DNA from: Pseudomonadota bacterium
GTDB taxonomy: Bacteria > Bdellovibrionota_B > Oligoflexia > Oligoflexales > CAIYRB01
Direction of reading: 5' to 3'
DNA length: 64,000 nt
Assembly (NCBI GenBank): GCA_031416315.1
Contig: JANOTL010000223.1
Span: 9,877 to 73,876, forward strand
Shown: positions 54,900 to 64,000 of the stretch, piece after piece
Numbering within the stretch: position 1 is the first letter of the stretch
How the letters are laid out: each line of letters starts with the position of its first letter
Position numbers and translations under genes: made by a program
Notes under the pieces: generated by a model
What the model was told of the DNA's origin: nothing
The model's database searches: none
Seen by the model: the letters and a program-made list of their open reading frames with translations, nothing else

Positions 54900-55070
54900 G
54901 GCCGCCCTCCCGCTGCCGAATCCAGGTCTTCACCGGACTCTTCGGATTTCCTGGGAAATTTCTTAAACCCCGGCGGCTGTCGAGGTTTTCGACAGGCGGG
55001 GCCGCCAAGGCTTCGCGGCAAGTAAGCGGAAGCGCCGGCTGAATCGTCTGAAAGCCTTGGGGCAGAAGCC

Positions 55071-55086
55071 TGGCACGGAACCTGCT
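55071..55086 (+). promoter_or_regulatory. sigma54 promoter of the downstream OMP gene
   Basis: TGGCACG-GAAC-CTGCT; candidate enhancer TGTCGAGGTTTTCGACA at 54978-54994. Confidence 0.65.
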
Positions 55087-55134
55087 CTAAGGGGGTAGCG
55101 GCAAAGTTTTGTGGACTGTGGAGCGGAGTGAACG

Positions 55135-55788
55135 ATGAACGGCATGCTGAACAAGTTGTTTATGATCGCAGCGGCGACCGTGACGCTCTGCGCAAGCGGC
55201 GCGGCGATGGCGCAAGGTCACGCTTACCTCAACTACATGCGCTCCGGGACGGAGTCGCACATCTTCGTCCAACAGACGATCGAGGGCGAGTACGGTCAGT
55301 ACAAGACTGAAGGCTCGGCGAAAGACGCCGCCGGAAACGACGTCGGCGTGTCCGGCAAGCAGTTCTGGAAAGGCTACGGCTTCGGCACGACCATCGGCCT
55401 CGAGCTGATGAAGTTCGTCGAGTTCACGGCCGGCCACACCTTCGTCAACATGCGCTACAAAGAGGACGCGCTCGAGAGCCTCGCCGGCTCGCGACTCCAC
55501 GCCGGCGTGCGTTTCGCATTTCTGTCGCCGGTCGGCAACCTCGAGGTCGGCGGCGGCTTCCAGGGCTCGCGTCTCGACTATCAAAAGCAGCTCGACAACG
55601 CGTCTTTCTACGGCAGCGGCTACTACTACGGCATCGGCGTCAACTACTTCCTCAGCCAGCGTGTCTCCGTCGTCTTCGACGCGAAGATGACGCGTGAGCA
55701 CTTGGACCGCTCTGGCGGCTCGTCTGTGGTGCGCTCGATCGACACCGATGCAACGTTGATGGGCGCAGGTTTCCGCATCTGGCTCTGA
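55135..55788 (+). CDS. Outer-membrane beta-barrel protein
   Basis: GGAG RBS, signal peptide (AAMA), amphipathic strands; ends in GAGFRIWL. Confidence 0.75.
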   Translation: MNGMLNKLFMIAAATVTLCASGAAMAQGHAYLNYMRSGTESHIFVQQTIEGEYGQYKTEGSAKDAAGNDVGVSGKQFWKGYGFGTTIGLELMKFVEFTAGHTFVNMRYKEDALESLAGSRLHAGVRFAFLSPVGNLEVGGGFQGSRLDYQKQLDNASFYGSGYYYGIGVNYFLSQRVSVVFDAKMTREHLDRSGGSSVVRSIDTDATLMGAGFRIWL

Positions 55789-55832
55789 GCGCCGCGCGAA
55801 ACCTCGGGTACAATGCAGTCATAAAGCTACAA

Positions 55833-55857
55833 GAGCGGCACCGACACGGTGCCGCTC
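55833..55857. terminator. Perfect 11-bp hairpin
   Basis: GAGCGGCACCG-ACA-CGGTGCCGCTC followed by GTTGCGTTT. Confidence 0.5.
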
Positions 55858-55974
55858 GTTGCGTTTCGCGGCGTTGCCGAAAGGACGTTGACCGCGAGCT
55901 TCCCCCCGCGCTTAAGTGATAGGGTTTTCCAAACAACCCGCCTGCACGCGCGACGGAAAAAGGGGAGGTGCCCA

Positions 55975-56751
55975 ATGGTGCTCCGGAACGGTCTCAGAGT
56001 GATGAGTGGTGTGGCGGCGCTGGCATTGGCCGCCGCGGTCACGGGTTGCTACGTCGACTCGATGGATCAGCGTGCGCCGACGGTCGGGACGGACAGCACG
56101 AACACGCGTCGTTCCGAAGCGGAGCAGGACCCGGGCGCCTGCCGCACGAACTTCGCCAAAGGCTGCTTCGACGGCTACGTCCTCTCGAAGAAGGACTTCT
56201 TCGTCGACGGCCGCCAGTATTTCAACGCCGACGATCTCGCCGGCCGCTTCGCCGAGCTCGTGAAGGTGGAGAACGAAGGCGTGGCGCTCGTCGCCGGCGT
56301 CGACTACCAGCTCGCGTTGACCACCCCTCTGGACAATCAGAGCTTCATCCAGGGCTTCGAGTACAACTTGACCGGCGACTATCCGCGCTCGGGCAAGGTG
56401 CGCACCAACGGCAACTTCGCCGTCAACGAGCTGCCGGAAGGCACTTATGACCTGCGCGTGCAGCGTCCGGTCAAGTTCACCGTCACCCGCCAGGTCGCGG
56501 TGGAGGCGCAAGAATCCGATGCGGTCGAGCCGCAGGATCCCGTGCGCGACGGCGACGCGCCGGCACCGGAGGAGACCGCCGCGCCGGAGATGAAGGCCGT
56601 CGTGAAATCGTATTGCGCGACGATCTACACCGACACCGTCGTGGAAGTGCGCAAGGGCAAGCGCGCCTTCGACAACTTCGGCGAGTTCCGCACGCACGTG
56701 ACGGACCACGACTGTGCGGCGACTACGACGTCGGGTGGCATCTCGCTGTAA
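55975..56751 (+). CDS. Hypothetical lipoprotein (carboxypeptidase-regulatory-like beta-sandwich motif)
   Basis: GGAGG RBS; lipobox VTG-C; NGNFAVNELPEGTYDLRV motif. Confidence 0.65.
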   Translation: MVLRNGLRVMSGVAALALAAAVTGCYVDSMDQRAPTVGTDSTNTRRSEAEQDPGACRTNFAKGCFDGYVLSKKDFFVDGRQYFNADDLAGRFAELVKVENEGVALVAGVDYQLALTTPLDNQSFIQGFEYNLTGDYPRSGKVRTNGNFAVNELPEGTYDLRVQRPVKFTVTRQVAVEAQESDAVEPQDPVRDGDAPAPEETAAPEMKAVVKSYCATIYTDTVVEVRKGKRAFDNFGEFRTHVTDHDCAATTTSGGISL

Positions 56752-56763
56752 AACCCTCGGGCT

Positions 56764-56843
56764 CTTCGTGCCTTCGCGTTCTTCGCTTTATGACTCCCTC
56801 TTGAAGGGGGAGTAAAAACGCGAAGGGCGCGAAGGACGCGGAG
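56764..56843. repeat. REP-like palindrome of 9-nt CGCGAAG units between convergent genes
   Basis: CTTCGTGCCTTCGCGTTCTTCGC...GCGAAGGGCGCGAAGGACGCGGAG enclosing an inner ACTCCCTC/GGGGGAGT stem. Confidence 0.65.
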
Positions 56844-56853
56844 AAGGCAGCCG

Positions 56854-57648
56854 TCACCTCTCGAACAACGCGCGATAGTTCTGCATCACCTGCTCGCGCG
56901 CCTGTTCGACCGGCCAGCCCCGGAGCTCGGCCAGAATCGCGACGGTGCCGACGACGTTTGCCGGCTCGTTGCGCTCGCCCTTGCGCGGTGGCAGGTAGGG
57001 CGCGTCGGTCTCGGTCAGGATGCGGTCCGCCGGCAAGGTCTTCAGCATCTTGCGGAAGGCCTCGTTGACCGTGGCGTTCGCGGGGATCGAGAACCACCAG
57101 CGGTCCTTCTCGGCGGCCTCCTGCGCCAGTCGGGTCCGGCCGCCGAAGCAGTGGAAGTTCACCTTTCGGATGCCGCGGCCGCGCAGGATCGCCACCGAGC
57201 GCTCCTCCAGCTTTCGCGTGTGGATGATGAGCGGCAGATCGTGGTCGATCGCGATCCCGATGAGCGCGTGAAAGACGCGCTCCTGCTCTGGGAACGTCTC
57301 CGGCGCCAACCAATGGCCGTCGAGACCGCATTCGCCGACGGCGGCAAGTCGGCCGGCGGCAGCTGCCGCGCGGATGTAAGCGATCTCGGCGTCGACGTCG
57401 AACTTGGCGACCGCGAACGGAAAATCTGCGGGCAAAAGGCCGTTCACCGCGTCCACTGGATAGATGCCTAGCGCGGGCTTCACCACCGGATGCGCGGCCG
57501 CCATCGCCAGAATCTCGCGGTTCGAGCGCGGTTCGAGCCCGTTGACGACGATGGCGGAGAGGCCGGCCGCCGTCGCGCGCGCGATCACCGCCTCGCGGTC
57601 GGAAGCGAACTTCTCGTGGGTCAGATGGGTGTGGACGTCGACGTACAT
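56854..57648 (-). CDS. tatD: TatD family deoxyribonuclease
   Basis: DVHTH, VGECGLD, IIHTR, HCF and LTETDAPYL motifs. Confidence 0.92.
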   Translation of the reverse strand: MYVDVHTHLTHEKFASDREAVIARATAAGLSAIVVNGLEPRSNREILAMAAAHPVVKPALGIYPVDAVNGLLPADFPFAVAKFDVDAEIAYIRAAAAAGRLAAVGECGLDGHWLAPETFPEQERVFHALIGIAIDHDLPLIIHTRKLEERSVAILRGRGIRKVNFHCFGGRTRLAQEAAEKDRWWFSIPANATVNEAFRKMLKTLPADRILTETDAPYLPPRKGERNEPANVVGTVAILAELRGWPVEQAREQVMQNYRALFER

Positions 57649-57669
57649 GGAGCTTCCGCGCGGTCCGCG

Positions 57670-57885
57670 TTGAACGCCGTCGTGAGCGCGGCCGACAACC
57701 CGCTGGTCAAGCGCTTCCAGAACATCGACCATAACACCTATCTCGAGGGCGCGCTGCCCGCGAAGGTGAAAGAGCTCATGAGGCTCTCAGTTTCCGCCGT
57801 GCTGCGCTGCGACGACTGCGTGAAGTATCATGCCATCCAAGCCTCGCGCCTTGGCGTCCCCCCGCGGTGCCGCAGCACGCCTTAG
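57670..57885 (+). pseudogene. Truncated carboxymuconolactone decarboxylase/AhpD-like gene
   Basis: KRFQNID.NTY.EGAL..K.KEL...S.VLRCDDCVKYH. The C-terminal helices and the N-terminus are missing, and there is no room for an RBS. Confidence 0.6.
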
Positions 57886-58721
57886 CGGAACGCGCCAGGA
57901 ACGCCGACGCTCCCGAGGAGGGCCAGCGCCCACACGAGGCGCGCGGTCCAGGCGGCGGCCGGATGCGTGAGGAGCTCCTGGAGGTGACGCCCGATGGCGC
58001 CACTGGGAGTTTCGCGCGCGACGTCGGCGACCAGCGGCGCGAGCGACGCCGGCGAGACGAGCGCGAATCCGGCGCTCGCGATGATTCCGCTCTCGTAGCG
58101 CCACGTGAGGCGGGCCCGCAGCGTCAACGGCGCCGCATCGACGGTGGTCTCGATGTCGGTGTCGCCGCGCGCGTCGCCACAGCTCAGGTCGGCGAAAGCG
58201 GCGCTCGGGCCGGAGAGCGCGAGGCCGGAGAGGGAGACGTCCGTGATGACGACGGGATGCCGCGTGCCGCCCGGCCCGAGCCGCTCGGCCTTACGGCTCG
58301 TGGGTAGGCGCGGATGCTTGCGGAATGCGGTGCGGCTGCGGGTGAGGAAGGGGAAGAGCAGGTCGCGGCGCACTAGGATCGGGGTTAAGAGCGCCATGAT
58401 CGCGAGAAGCGCGAGGCGCAGGAAGCGCGTCTCGGCGGCGCCGCCATCGAGGACGGCCGTCATGGCGAGGAGGAGCGCCTGCAAGACGAACGCCGGCAGG
58501 GTCGCCAGGCTACGTGCCGCGATGAGGACCGCCAGCGTGAGCGGCAGGATCCAGAAGGCCGCGAGCGCGACGAAGTCCGGGCGGCTCTCTAGCGCGCGAC
58601 CGGTCGGAAGACCGTGCACGACGAGGCTCCAGACCGGCAGCGCGAGGCAGACGGCGAAAAGCGTCGCGAGCGTCGGCGGCAAATCGCGCCAGAGTTTCGG
58701 GGGCCGGGTTCGCCGCGGCAC
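57882..58721 (-). CDS. Membrane protein with PilZ domain
   Basis: About 4 TM helices then RKHPR (RxxxR) and DVSLSG (DxSxxG) c-di-GMP motifs. Confidence 0.75.
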   Translation of the reverse strand: MPRRTRPPKLWRDLPPTLATLFAVCLALPVWSLVVHGLPTGRALESRPDFVALAAFWILPLTLAVLIAARSLATLPAFVLQALLLAMTAVLDGGAAETRFLRLALLAIMALLTPILVRRDLLFPFLTRSRTAFRKHPRLPTSRKAERLGPGGTRHPVVITDVSLSGLALSGPSAAFADLSCGDARGDTDIETTVDAAPLTLRARLTWRYESGIIASAGFALVSPASLAPLVADVARETPSGAIGRHLQELLTHPAAAWTARLVWALALLGSVGVPGAFR

Positions 58722-58722
58722 G

Positions 58723-59760
58723 TCAGTGCGCCACGGCTTGCGGCACGCCCGGCAGGTCGTCGAGGCGCAAGCCCTCGACCTTTACCCCGACGCGCGCGGC
58801 TTCTTCGTAGACGGTATCGACGATGCGCGACAGCTTCAGCATGTTCTGACGCGCCGTCTCGACGTATACGAGGAGCGGGAAGACGAGCTTGCCGTTGGCG
58901 GCGTCGCCGCCGGGTTTCAAGCGGTCGAGATATTCCAGGAAGACCTTCTCGGCGTCGTCGCGCGTGACGTAGTCGAGGGAGGCGAGCGCCTGCGGCATCT
59001 CGGTGAGGCCGGGCGCGGCCTCGACGGCAAATGGCTGCGAGTGCGGCGTCAGGCCGTCCCAAAGGCCTTTCACCCACTGATAGAGGGGAAAGCGGCCCGC
59101 GCGGCGCATAATCATTTCGGGCGCGACGGCGGAGAAATCGTAGCGGACGCCGGTCTCGGCGGCGGCGCGCAGGAGCTCGGGCGCCGCGACCCAGCCGGTG
59201 GCGGCCATCGCCACGGGCCTGCCGAAGCCGTTTTTCTCGAAGGTTTCGCGCGCGGCGCCGAGAAGCTTCGCCAGATCGGCCGTCGGGTATACGGAGAGAG
59301 GGACGTCGACGCCGCAGTCGGTCGCGGCGCAGTCGACCGGGCGGAGGGTGTTCCCCCAGAAGGTCGGGCCGTCCCGGAAGATGACGCCTGCCTCGGTCGC
59401 GAGCGATCTCCAGCCGCCGAGGAGCATGCCGACCTTGTCCTCGGGACCCAAGGCGCTGCGGAGCTTCGCCGCGAAACGGTCGGCCTCGGGGCCGCCGCGG
59501 AGGAAGTAGGCAGGGCTGACGAGATGGACGACGGCGAGCTCGCGGCCGGCGGCGCGCCACTGCGCGCGCAAGGCGCGGACGGCGTCGACATTGAAGTCCT
59601 TGGCGTGGCGGCCTTCCCAGGCGAGGACGAGGGAAAGGCGGACGACACCGGCCTGGGTCGCGCCCGGCGCCGAGGCCGAGAGGAGAAAGAGCGCGGCGCA
59701 GGCGGCGAGCGGGCGCGCGACGAGGTCGAAGACGTGACGGAAGGGGGCGAGAAGGTGCAT
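58723..59760 (-). CDS. Secreted hypothetical protein, possible polysaccharide-deacetylase-like fold
   Basis: Signal peptide; F..P..M.A.GW...G.RYD.S pattern; TGATG coupling to the upstream gene. Confidence 0.55.
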   Translation of the reverse strand: MHLLAPFRHVFDLVARPLAACAALFLLSASAPGATQAGVVRLSLVLAWEGRHAKDFNVDAVRALRAQWRAAGRELAVVHLVSPAYFLRGGPEADRFAAKLRSALGPEDKVGMLLGGWRSLATEAGVIFRDGPTFWGNTLRPVDCAATDCGVDVPLSVYPTADLAKLLGAARETFEKNGFGRPVAMAATGWVAAPELLRAAAETGVRYDFSAVAPEMIMRRAGRFPLYQWVKGLWDGLTPHSQPFAVEAAPGLTEMPQALASLDYVTRDDAEKVFLEYLDRLKPGGDAANGKLVFPLLVYVETARQNMLKLSRIVDTVYEEAARVGVKVEGLRLDDLPGVPQAVAH

Positions 59761-61634
59761 CACGATGCTTTCGACTCCGCTTTCTTCGACGGCTTTTTCT
59801 GCGGCTTCTTCGCCCGGGCCTTCGCCGGCTGCGGCGCGGCGGCGACGAGGAGGGGGAGGAGGAGGCTCAGGATCAAGGCGATCGCGGTGGCCGTGCCGCC
59901 GCCGCCGCCGAAGGCGACGCCGCATTTGAACGGGTTCTCGTCGCCCTTCGTCTCTTTCTTCTCCGGCTCGGTCGCGGTCGGGAGCCCGTTGGGGCCGACG
60001 TTGGCGGCCGAGGTCTCGGCGCCGCGCCCTTCGAGCGGCGGCAAGGTGAGGCCAGGCGCGATCCCGGTCATGAACTCGGTGAGGTTCCGGCCGTCGGCGC
60101 GCGCCTTGATGACGGCGAAGTAGCGGCCCTGGAAGAGCTCGGCGTCCGCCATGAAGAGCGCGAGGAGCCAGTCCCTGAAGCCGGAGTCGAACTTGAAAAA
60201 GGAGACGGCTTTGATCGTCAGCTGCGTCAGCTCGTCTGCGGCGATGTCGCCGTTGACGCGCAGGTCCCACAAGAGGCCGGAGACGAGCTGGCCGTGCAGG
60301 TGGCCGAGCGACAACCGCCCGCCGCGGACGCGCTTCCAGCCTTCCCAGTTCGCGTCGCCGTATTTGACGTTGGTGGCGGCGGTTCGCAGGCACTGGCCGG
60401 GCACGATGCAGGCGCCGCTCCCCGCCGGGCAGATCGTCTCGCCGAGGCATGGATCGCCGGTGCGCGCGAAAGCGAGAAAGTCCGCCAAGCCTTCGTGCAA
60501 AGCGAGAGACTGTCCGCTCGTCGTACGCAGCGTGCGGTAGATGACGTGATGGCCGAGCTCGTGGCTGACGACGTCGCCGTCGAGGCCCAGGGACTGCAAA
60601 TCCTTGCCGTCGCCGTCGTCGATCTGGATCTCGGGCAAAGCGTTCGCCGAGGCGTCGCCGGGGATGAACAAGGCGTTGTTGCGCGTGCCCCCAGGGGCGA
60701 CGTGGTTTTTGATCAGGATCGGCGCGGGTCCGTACCACTCGAAGCCGTATTTGGTGACGAAGTCGAGGTGGACTTGAGCATGAGCGTATGAAGACAGCTC
60801 GACGAAGCGCGGATCCTCGTCTGCAAAGTCGAAGACGTGGGTCGGCTCGACGATGCGCGTGAAGATCGCCGGGATCACCGAGCGCAAGAGCGGAGAGGTG
60901 AGCGTGCCGTCGCCGAGGAGGTCTGGCAGCGCGACGTCGGCTTTCACGAGGTCATTCGCGTTGCTCGGATAGACCTTCGCGGTGCCGGCGACGGCGTCGA
61001 AGTAGGCGTTCTCGACCCGACGCGCTTCGTAGGCGTCGGCGATCGCGTTATATGGCAGACCGGCGTGCGTCACCTGCAAGTCCCAGACTGGGAGCGGCTC
61101 GCCGTTGACGATCTCGAGGCAGGGGCGCGCCTTTTTCAGCGTGGCCTCGCCGTCCAGCGCGTCGGCTGCCCTTTGCACCGCTAGCTCCTGGTCCGGCCAA
61201 GCGTCGGGCGTGCGCGGCGCGCTGCGCACCGCGGGGTCGAGCGCGGGAATCGTGCCGAGGATGAGGAGCCGGCCGTCGCGGAGCGCATGCGCGCGCATGC
61301 CGGTGCCGCACACGGCGACGCCGCCGATGTGGAACGAGATCTCGCGCGCCAGCGGCGTCGCGGCCGTCTCGAAGCGCAGCCCGATCAGTGGATGCAGCTC
61401 CGGGCGCACCGCGTTGGCGATCGCGTCCTCGAGCGACTCGGCGCGAGCTTGGTAAAGCGAGAGCCCCGCCGGCTCCCCGAACGGGTGCGCGGTAAACGTC
61501 TTCAACGAGCGTGGCAGGAGCTCCAACGGGCCGGAGGCGCCGAAGCCGCCGAGGGCCGAGGCTTGGGGACTCTGCGCCAAGGCCGCCAGGGCGAGGGCGA
61601 AGAGCTGGGCGGCGGTCGGGAGGCTTCTTTTCAC
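59760..61634 (-). CDS. Secreted M36/M4-like zinc metallopeptidase with C-terminal Cys-Gly-TM sorting signal
   Basis: Propeptide, NNALF, DGDVVSHELGH and ALHEGLAD motifs; tail FKCGVAFGGGGG + TM helix + Lys-rich end. Confidence 0.8.
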   Translation of the reverse strand: MKRSLPTAAQLFALALAALAQSPQASALGGFGASGPLELLPRSLKTFTAHPFGEPAGLSLYQARAESLEDAIANAVRPELHPLIGLRFETAATPLAREISFHIGGVAVCGTGMRAHALRDGRLLILGTIPALDPAVRSAPRTPDAWPDQELAVQRAADALDGEATLKKARPCLEIVNGEPLPVWDLQVTHAGLPYNAIADAYEARRVENAYFDAVAGTAKVYPSNANDLVKADVALPDLLGDGTLTSPLLRSVIPAIFTRIVEPTHVFDFADEDPRFVELSSYAHAQVHLDFVTKYGFEWYGPAPILIKNHVAPGGTRNNALFIPGDASANALPEIQIDDGDGKDLQSLGLDGDVVSHELGHHVIYRTLRTTSGQSLALHEGLADFLAFARTGDPCLGETICPAGSGACIVPGQCLRTAATNVKYGDANWEGWKRVRGGRLSLGHLHGQLVSGLLWDLRVNGDIAADELTQLTIKAVSFFKFDSGFRDWLLALFMADAELFQGRYFAVIKARADGRNLTEFMTGIAPGLTLPPLEGRGAETSAANVGPNGLPTATEPEKKETKGDENPFKCGVAFGGGGGTATAIALILSLLLPLLVAAAPQPAKARAKKPQKKPSKKAESKAS

Positions 61635-61797
61635 GGAATCAGAACCCCTGTTTGCACCCTCCGTCATCGGTGCCCCAGGCGCCGCACCTTAATCGCGGAC
61701 CCCGTCGGCCGGTGAGTTCGCGGGCTTGGCCTCCGGGCTTGCCGTTCGGCCATCGGTTTGCGAAAGTCGCAAGGCAAAGTCTCGCAAAGGGGAAAAC

Positions 61798-62145
61798 GTG
61801 GCAGTTTTGGGTGGCGGCGCGCGGGTCGAGGAAGTCCAGCCCAAGGACGTCGAGGCCGCGCGGGCCGCGGCCGGCGGCAAGATCCATCTGGTCGATGTGC
61901 GCGAGGCCGACGAGTTTCGCGCCGTCCGCGCCGAATACGCGACCCTCCTGCCGCTGAGCGAGATCGCCGAGGGCGCCTTGCCGACCTTGCCCAAGAACGA
62001 GACGATTTACGTCATTTGCAAATCTGGGGGCCGCTCGCTGAGGGCCGCGCAGGTCTTCATGGCGGCTGGCTTCGTGCGCGCGGTCAACGTTACCGGCGGC
62101 ACGATGGCCTGGGAGCGCGAAGGTCTCCCGGTCGCGCGCGGGTGA
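61798..62145 (+). CDS. Rhodanese-like sulfurtransferase
   Basis: VDVREADEF, ICKSGGRS and GGTMAW motifs. Confidence 0.9.
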   Translation: MAVLGGGARVEEVQPKDVEAARAAAGGKIHLVDVREADEFRAVRAEYATLLPLSEIAEGALPTLPKNETIYVICKSGGRSLRAAQVFMAAGFVRAVNVTGGTMAWEREGLPVARG

Positions 62146-63104
62146 GCTCCGAGACGCCAGCCGGGCTTACTTTCGAGCTCTCCCTGCGCTTCGGCGCGGA
62201 CCGCCGCCTAAAAGACGCGCTCCTCGCGTGGCTCGAGGCGCGGGGCGTCACGGACTATGCGGAGGGCGTCATCGACGGCGTCGACCTCGCGGCCGACGCG
62301 GAGGCGCTGGCCGCTCTCATCCGCGATGGTAGCGACACGGCTCCAGTGAGCGTCTACGGGTTCGACCGCGCCGCCCTGGTGCAGCTCGAGGCCGAGGCTC
62401 TGCACGCGTTCCGGCAATACGGACTGAAGACCGTCGTCGCGGAAATCAAGACCGAGTCGTGGAACGCAGCTTGGGAGAGCGGCTTCGAAGCGCTAGTGAC
62501 GCGACGCTTTCGCGTGCAACCGCTTGGCGGCGGCCTCCTTGCGAACCCGGCGGCAGAAGGCGAAGGCGGGCGGATCCTGATCGAGCTCAAGCCAGGCTCA
62601 GCCTTCGGGGCGGGTGATCATGCGACCACCGCTGCGGCGCTGATGGCGCTCGAGGACGTTTGGGACGAGCTCGGCTCGCGCCGCGATCTGCGTCTGCTCG
62701 ACGTCGGCACGGGGACCGGCATCCTCGCGATCGCGGCGGCCAAGCTCGGCTTCGCCTCGGTGCAAGGCACCGACATCGACCCCGAAGCTTTGAAGGCGGC
62801 GGCGGAGAACTGCGCTTTGAACGGCGTGGCGATGGGGCTCGTGCTGGCGGCAGCGCCGCCTCCGGAGATGGGACGTTTCGCGGTGATCGCGGCCAATATC
62901 CTCGTGCCCGTCCTGCACGAGCTCTTGCCGCGCCTCGCCGCCCTCCTGACGCCGGGTGGCCGCCTCGTCCTCGCGGGCTTCATCGGTAAAGAGCGCGATG
63001 CGCTCGCGGCCGCTGGCGCTCTCGTGGGCCTGACGGTCGCCTCGGAGCGTGAAGTACGCGGTTGGCTCGGGGTGGTGCTGGCGAAGCCCGCGATTCCTCG
63101 GTAA
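62142..63104 (+). CDS. prmA: Ribosomal protein L11 methyltransferase
   Basis: PGSAFGAGDHATT, LDVGTGTGILAI, DIDP and ANIL motifs. Confidence 0.88.
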   Translation: MSSETPAGLTFELSLRFGADRRLKDALLAWLEARGVTDYAEGVIDGVDLAADAEALAALIRDGSDTAPVSVYGFDRAALVQLEAEALHAFRQYGLKTVVAEIKTESWNAAWESGFEALVTRRFRVQPLGGGLLANPAAEGEGGRILIELKPGSAFGAGDHATTAAALMALEDVWDELGSRRDLRLLDVGTGTGILAIAAAKLGFASVQGTDIDPEALKAAAENCALNGVAMGLVLAAAPPPEMGRFAVIAANILVPVLHELLPRLAALLTPGGRLVLAGFIGKERDALAAAGALVGLTVASEREVRGWLGVVLAKPAIPR

Positions 63105-63154
63105 AATGAGGACGACACAATCCGTCTCAGTCTGGTTCGTCCCCGGGAGGGTGC

Positions 63155-63874
63155 ATGAAGTATCGGGAATTTCCGCTGCTACGCGGCAATTACCAATACC
63201 CGGTGTGGAACCGGGCGATGGAGGTGGCGTCCATCGGCGTCTACTTCGCCATCGCCATGCTCTTCATCTGGGAGCTCGGCAAGGGCCTGACGGCGCTGGC
63301 GCTCGGGCGTGTCGCCGGGGGAGAGCTTGCGTTCTGCCTCATCGCCATCGGTCTGCCGCTTCTCGCCTACGTGGCCGCGGATCTCGTCTCCGGGCTCGTG
63401 CACTGCGCCGCCGACAACTTCGGCCGGGAGACGACGCCCATCTTCGGCACCGCCTTCATCAAGCCGTTTCGCGACCATCACCGCGATCCGACCGCGATCA
63501 CGCGGCACGACTTCATCGAGGCGAACGGCAACAGCTGTCTCGTTAACCTCCTCGTCGTCGTGCCGACCTACCTGTTCGTGCCGCTGACGACGAATGCCTG
63601 GGGAATGGCTTGGGGCAGCTTCATCCTCGCGTTCACGATTTGCATCGTCCTGACGAACCAGATCCACAAGTGGGCGCACATGCCGAAGCCGCCGCTCGGC
63701 ATCCTGACCCTCCAGAAGCTGGGTTTCGTGCTGACGCCGACGACGCATCAGGTGCATCACACGACGCCTTTCGACCGTTACTACTGCATCACGAACGGCT
63801 GGCTCAATCCCTGGATGGACAAACTCGGGGTCTTCGAGTGGATGGTGCGGGTCGGGAAGCGTTACGGCGGCTGA
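63155..63874 (+). CDS. carF: CarF/TMEM189-family lipid desaturase (plasmanylethanolamine desaturase-like)
   Basis: SGLVH..AD, FRDHH, HDFIEAN, NQIHKWAH, HQVHH and YCITNGWLN motifs. Confidence 0.88.
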   Translation: MKYREFPLLRGNYQYPVWNRAMEVASIGVYFAIAMLFIWELGKGLTALALGRVAGGELAFCLIAIGLPLLAYVAADLVSGLVHCAADNFGRETTPIFGTAFIKPFRDHHRDPTAITRHDFIEANGNSCLVNLLVVVPTYLFVPLTTNAWGMAWGSFILAFTICIVLTNQIHKWAHMPKPPLGILTLQKLGFVLTPTTHQVHHTTPFDRYYCITNGWLNPWMDKLGVFEWMVRVGKRYGG

Positions 63875-63999
63875 TAGCCGGTTTGCAGGGCCTGCCAGCG
63901 TAGAAGCGCGGCGCGGATCTCCTGCGTCGCGCCGTACCAGCTGCGGAGCGAGCGGGCTTTTTGGCCGTCCGCCTCGGTGACCTGGGCGAGCTCGACGGC
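63862..63999 (-). CDS. 3' end of an unknown CDS entering from the right edge
   Basis: Open frame AVELAQVTEADG...TGYQPP-stop with high GC3. Confidence 0.4.
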   Translation of the reverse strand, partial: AVELAQVTEADGQKARSLRSWYGATQEIRAALLRWQALQTGYQPP

Positions 64000-64000
64000 G

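Overview
A gene-dense, GC-rich bacterial chromosomal segment with about 60 CDSs. I recognised no rRNA, tRNA, CRISPR array, prophage or intact transposase. The many lipoproteins, CHASE2 sensors, class III cyclases, CarF, CsgA-like SDR, MshEN-type protein, STAS/Zn-ribbon protein and Cys-CTERM peptidase suggest a Bdellovibrionota/Oligoflexia- or myxobacteria-like organism (inference only). Housekeeping genes (pyc, pfkA, smpB, rluA-like, grxC, mrp, yfgM-bamB-like, manC, tatD, prmA) are mixed with accessory loci. The main findings are: (1) an apparently undescribed RiPP/signalling locus at 19070-24586 (minus strand). It has a CteB/SCIFF-type radical SAM-SPASM maturase translationally coupled to two CHASE2-like membrane histidine kinases with complementary defects: one has the ATPase domain but no His, the other has the His but a dead ATPase domain. 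These are followed by an unannotated 44-aa single-Cys peptide with its own RBS and promoter. (2) Two paralogous intergenic elements (about 34850-35060 and 44400-44605), each with a sigma54 promoter, hairpin, long stem around a C-rich loop and terminal hairpin; these are candidate new sRNAs. (3) Apparent non-canonical ATT/CTG starts (pfkA, smpB, a STAS-like gene), an unannotated 39-aa K/R-rich peptide, a catalytically degenerate MlaF, an in-frame amber codon in a long acidic MshEN-type gene, and a C39 peptidase/RimK/GCS2/amidohydrolase/GATase peptide-ligation cluster. All family calls come from motif recognition by eye; no database searches were run.
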